Part shown: one piece after another, positions 61,001-64,000 of the stretch
How the letters are laid out: each line of letters starts with the position of its first letter
Numbering within the stretch: position 1 is the first letter of the stretch
Source of the DNA: an uncultured delta proteobacterium
Lineage (GTDB): Bacteria > Myxococcota_A > Polyangia > Polyangiales > Polyangiaceae
Assembly (NCBI GenBank): GCA_963782055.1
Contig: CAWAIF010000003.1
Location: 6,912,001-6,976,000 of the forward strand
DNA length: 64,000 nucleotides
Direction: 5' to 3'
Notes under the pieces: generated by a model
The model's input: the letters and a program-made list of their open reading frames with translations, nothing else
The model's database searches: none
Told to the model about the DNA's origin: nothing
Position numbers and translations under genes: made by a program

Positions 61001-61248
61001 GCGGGCAGTATAGGCCCGCCGACCCGCTGCCGCCGCGTTTCCGGGCTCGCCGCCGGCACCACCAGGCCGGGCGCTGCGGCCTCCAGCGCCACCACCACGT
61101 GCAGAAGAGGAGCGCGACGATGCAGCGATACGACGGCTCGCGTCGGGCCGGCGGTGATGCGAGGCTCTTGCGCGGCGCAGGTCGCCGCGCGGCGATCTGG
61201 AGATCCGCCGCGGCACGCGCGCCAGGTGCGCGCTAGCATGAGATCGCG

Positions 61249-61860
61249 ATGCCCCCCGACGCGACGCCCTCGCACCCCCTCTCCGACCGCTTCGCCGAGG
61301 CGCTCGCCTACGCCGCGACGCTCCACCGCACGCAGGCGCGCAAGGGGACGCCGGTCCCGTACGTCGCGCACCTGCTCGCCGTCGCCGGGCTGGTGCTGGA
61401 GTACGGCGGCAGCGAGGAGCAGGCCATCGGGGGGCTCCTGCACGACGCGCTGGAGGATCAGGGTATCGAGCACGCCGCGGAGATCCGGCGGCGGTTCGGC
61501 GACGCGGTGCTCGCCGTGGTGGAGGGCTGCTCCGAGGTGCGCGCCCCGGAGGGCGCGCCGAAGCCCGACTGGCGAACACGCAAGGAGGCGTACATCGCGC
61601 ACGTGCGAGAGGAGCCCGCGGCGATCAAGCTGGTGTCCGCGGCGGACAAGGTGCACAACGCGCGCACGCTGGTGGCCGACTATCGCGTGCTCGGCGAGGA
61701 GCTCTGGACGCGCTTCAAGGGCGGCCGCGAGGGTACGCTCTGGTACTACCGCGAGATGGTGGTGGCGCTCCGGGAGGGCGAGCAGACCGACGGGCTGATG
61801 CGTCTGGTCGACGAGCTGGGGCGCGTCGTGGAGCAGCTGGAGGCGCTCGCGGGGGAGTGA
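61249..61860 (+). CDS. HD-domain protein (small alarmone hydrolase/Mesh1-like)
   Basis: H..Q.RKG..VPY..H, LLHDALED, ADKVHN. Confidence 0.88.
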   Translation: MPPDATPSHPLSDRFAEALAYAATLHRTQARKGTPVPYVAHLLAVAGLVLEYGGSEEQAIGGLLHDALEDQGIEHAAEIRRRFGDAVLAVVEGCSEVRAPEGAPKPDWRTRKEAYIAHVREEPAAIKLVSAADKVHNARTLVADYRVLGEELWTRFKGGREGTLWYYREMVVALREGEQTDGLMRLVDELGRVVEQLEALAGE

Positions 61861-61880
61861 CTCGTGACCTCGGGGGCAGC

Positions 61881-62297
61881 TCAGCTCGAGGGCAGCCCGA
61901 GCCGCTTGCGCAGGTGCTCCACCGAGTCTCGCCACTCGCTCTCCCCGGAGTCGTCCCAGAGCTCGCGCAGCTCCGAGTCGGGGCCCAGGATCCGGTCGAT
62001 CGCCGCCGACGCGCGCCGCAGGAGCGCGAGCGGGGGCTCGATCGCGTTCGCCGCCACCCACTCGTCGACCTTCTCGGTGTAGCTGTTCTCGTAGCCGGCG
62101 TTGCCCTGACAGCGGGCCAGCACCTCGCAGGCGGCCAGCGCGCAGCACGCGATGTCCTGATCGAGGTACGCGCCTCCGACCTCTTCGAGCTCTTCGAACG
62201 CCTCCTCGACGAGCGACAGGTCGTCGGTGTCCTCGAGGCCGTAGGCCCAGTCGTTGGCGGTGTCGTTGTCGAAGGCGAGATGTCCCCAGGCGCCCAT
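61881..62297 (-). CDS. DUF4259 protein
   Basis: MGAWG..AFDND.A.DW, SELRELW; AAGGAG RBS. Confidence 0.85.
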   Translation of the reverse strand: MGAWGHLAFDNDTANDWAYGLEDTDDLSLVEEAFEELEEVGGAYLDQDIACCALAACEVLARCQGNAGYENSYTEKVDEWVAANAIEPPLALLRRASAAIDRILGPDSELRELWDDSGESEWRDSVEHLRKRLGLPSS

Positions 62298-62374
62298 GGC
62301 GTGCTCCTTGGTCGCAGCGTCCGGGCGCAAGCTAGCACGCGCGCGGGGAACGCTGGTCACTCCTGACCTTCATC

Positions 62375-62660
62375 GCGCCCGCGCCCGCCCCCGCGCACGC
62401 GCACGCCCCCCCCCGCGCACGCGCCCGCGCCCGCCCCCGCGCTCGCCCCCCGCTCGGCCCCCGCGCACGCGCGCTCGCCCGCCCCCGCGCCCGCGCCCGC
62501 CCCTGCGCCCGCGCTCGCCCCCGCGCTCGCGCCCGCCCCCGCGCCCGCGCCCGCCCCCGCGCACGCGCTCGCCCCCGCGCCCGCGCCCGCCCCCGCGCCC
62601 GCCCCCGCGCGCTCGCCCGCCCCCGCGCACGCGCGCTCGCCCGCGCCCACCCCCGCGCGA
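62375..62660. repeat. Low-complexity (CCCGCG/CCCCCG)n tract
   Basis: Degenerate 6-mer repeats; G-runs on the minus strand. Confidence 0.9.
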
Positions 62661-62706
62661 GGGCCTGGCGGGAGCCGGCGCATCGACGACCGGCCCCCGC
62701 GTCCCC

Positions 62707-63030
62707 TCAGTGGCCACCGACGAGCCGCACCAGCGTGGAGAGCACGTGATCGAGCCGATCACTCAGCCCGTCATCGAGCGCCGGCAAGTACCCGAGCGCC
62801 GTCGCGACCTCGAAGCACGCCAGCACCTCCCGCAGTGATCCCAGCGCGGTGTGATACCGCGCCCCCCGGTTCTTCCCTCTCGAGTACATCCCCTCGGCCA
62901 CGTTGAGCGGCGCGCTCGCCAGCGCGCGCCGGCACTGCCGGGCAAGATCCGGATCATGCCTCTCGAGCTGCCGCACCAACGGTGCAAGAGACCGGACCAG
63001 CTCGAGCAGCACGGGATAGATACGAAGCAT
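62707..63030 (-). CDS. Four-helix-bundle protein (23S rRNA IVP / Avd-like), copy 1
   Basis: DLARQCRRALASAPLNVAEG, ALGSLREV; GGAG RBS. Confidence 0.88.
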   Translation of the reverse strand: MLRIYPVLLELVRSLAPLVRQLERHDPDLARQCRRALASAPLNVAEGMYSRGKNRGARYHTALGSLREVLACFEVATALGYLPALDDGLSDRLDHVLSTLVRLVGGH

Positions 63031-63448
63031 CGCCAACTCCATGTTCGCGCCCGCGCACCCTGCGCGGGGGCACCCGCCCAGCCCCGTCGCGCGCAGGAGC
63101 TGTCGAGGCTGCGAGCGCAGCGAGCACCGCCCGGAGCCGCGCGCAGGGCGCGAAGCGCCCGAGCACGGCGAGGACGGCCCCGGCCTCGACAGCTCCGAGC
63201 ACGGCGGGAGAATCACCCCCCCGAGCGAGCTCCCAACTCCCCCCGCGCCCGCCCCCGCGCACACGCGCTCGCCCCCGCGCCCGCGCCCGCCCCCGCGCCC
63301 GCGCCCGCCCCCGCGCACGCGCTCGCCCCCGCGCCCGCGCCCGCCCCCGCGCGCTCGCCCGCCCCCGCGCACGCGCGCTCGCCCGCGCCCACCCCCGCGC
63401 GAGGGCCTGGCGGGAGCCGGCGCATCGACGACCGGCCCCCGCGTCCCC

Positions 63449-63772
63449 TCAGTGGCCACCGACGAGCCGCACCAGCGTGGAGAGCACGTGATCGAGCCGA
63501 TCACTCAGCCCGTCATCGAGCGCCGGCAAGTACCCGAGCGCCGTCGCGACCTCGAAGCACGCCAGCACCTCCCGCAGTGATCCCAGCGCGGTGTGATACC
63601 GCGCCCCCCGGTTCTTCCCTCTCGAGTACATCCCCTCGGCCACGTTGAGCGGCGCGCTCGCCAGCGCGCGCCGGCACTGCCGGGCAAGATCCGGATCATG
63701 CCTCTCGAGCTGCCGCACCAACGGTGCAAGAGACCGGACCAGCTCGAGCAGCACGGGATAGATACGAAGCAT
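63449..63772 (-). CDS. Four-helix-bundle protein, copy 2
   Basis: Same translation as copy 1. Confidence 0.88.
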   Translation of the reverse strand: MLRIYPVLLELVRSLAPLVRQLERHDPDLARQCRRALASAPLNVAEGMYSRGKNRGARYHTALGSLREVLACFEVATALGYLPALDDGLSDRLDHVLSTLVRLVGGH

Positions 63773-64000
63773 CGCCAACTCCATGTTCGCGCCCGCGCAC
63801 CCTGCGCGGGGGCACCCGCCCAGCCCCGTCGCGCGCAGGAGCTGTCGAGGCTGCGAGCGCAGCGAGCACCGCCCGGAGCCGCGCGCAGGGCGCGAAGCGC
63901 CCGAGCACGGCGAGGACGGCCCCGGCCTCGACAGCTCCGAGCACGGCGGGAGAATCACCCCCCCGAGCGAGCTCCCAACTCCCCCCGCCCCCGCGCACGC

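Larger units (their letters stand above)
62499..63982. repeat. 742-bp tandem duplication; a further tract starts at the window edge
   Basis: 62661-63237 matches 63403-63979 at offset 742; GC tracts at 62375, 63238 and 63980. Confidence 0.9.

Noticed and set aside
62254..63580. Pro/Arg- or Gly/Ala-rich ORFs over the GC tracts
   Set aside because: Stop-free translations of low-complexity DNA with no start signals.
62707..63772. 23S rRNA intervening sequence
   Set aside because: No rRNA sequence flanks the four-helix-bundle genes.

Overview
High-GC accessory region from a myxobacterium. Myxococcota/Polyangia is inferred from MYXO-CTERM tails, 'DAG'-rich lipoproteins, FGE-domain paralogs and an FHA-sigma54 activator. 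About 4-40 kb is a defence island built around an intact type 2 BREX/Pgl operon (pglW-pglX-[HEPN 3-gene insert]-pglY-pglZ-brxD-brxHI). It is flanked by an uncharacterised XRE-HTH/EVE-like/DUF488/HNH-like cluster, a SEC-C+trypsin-like gene, two DUF262 (GmrSD-like) genes, a YaaW-like pair and an IS4 element with a 10-bp target duplication. About 40-43 kb holds a decayed FHA-sigma54 activator, a 21-bp periodic repeat array and a sigma54 promoter ahead of an unknown gene. About 44-62 kb is a patchwork of small modules (PIN and four nucleotidyltransferase TA-like pairs, Uma2 genes, TerB-phosphatase, ankyrin, IS66, HD, DUF4259) and gene remnants. The window ends in a 742-bp tandem unit: G-rich tract, four-helix-bundle (Avd/IVP-like) gene and structured leader. 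No rRNA, tRNA, CRISPR array or reverse transcriptase was seen. All family calls come from motif recognition by eye, not database searches.
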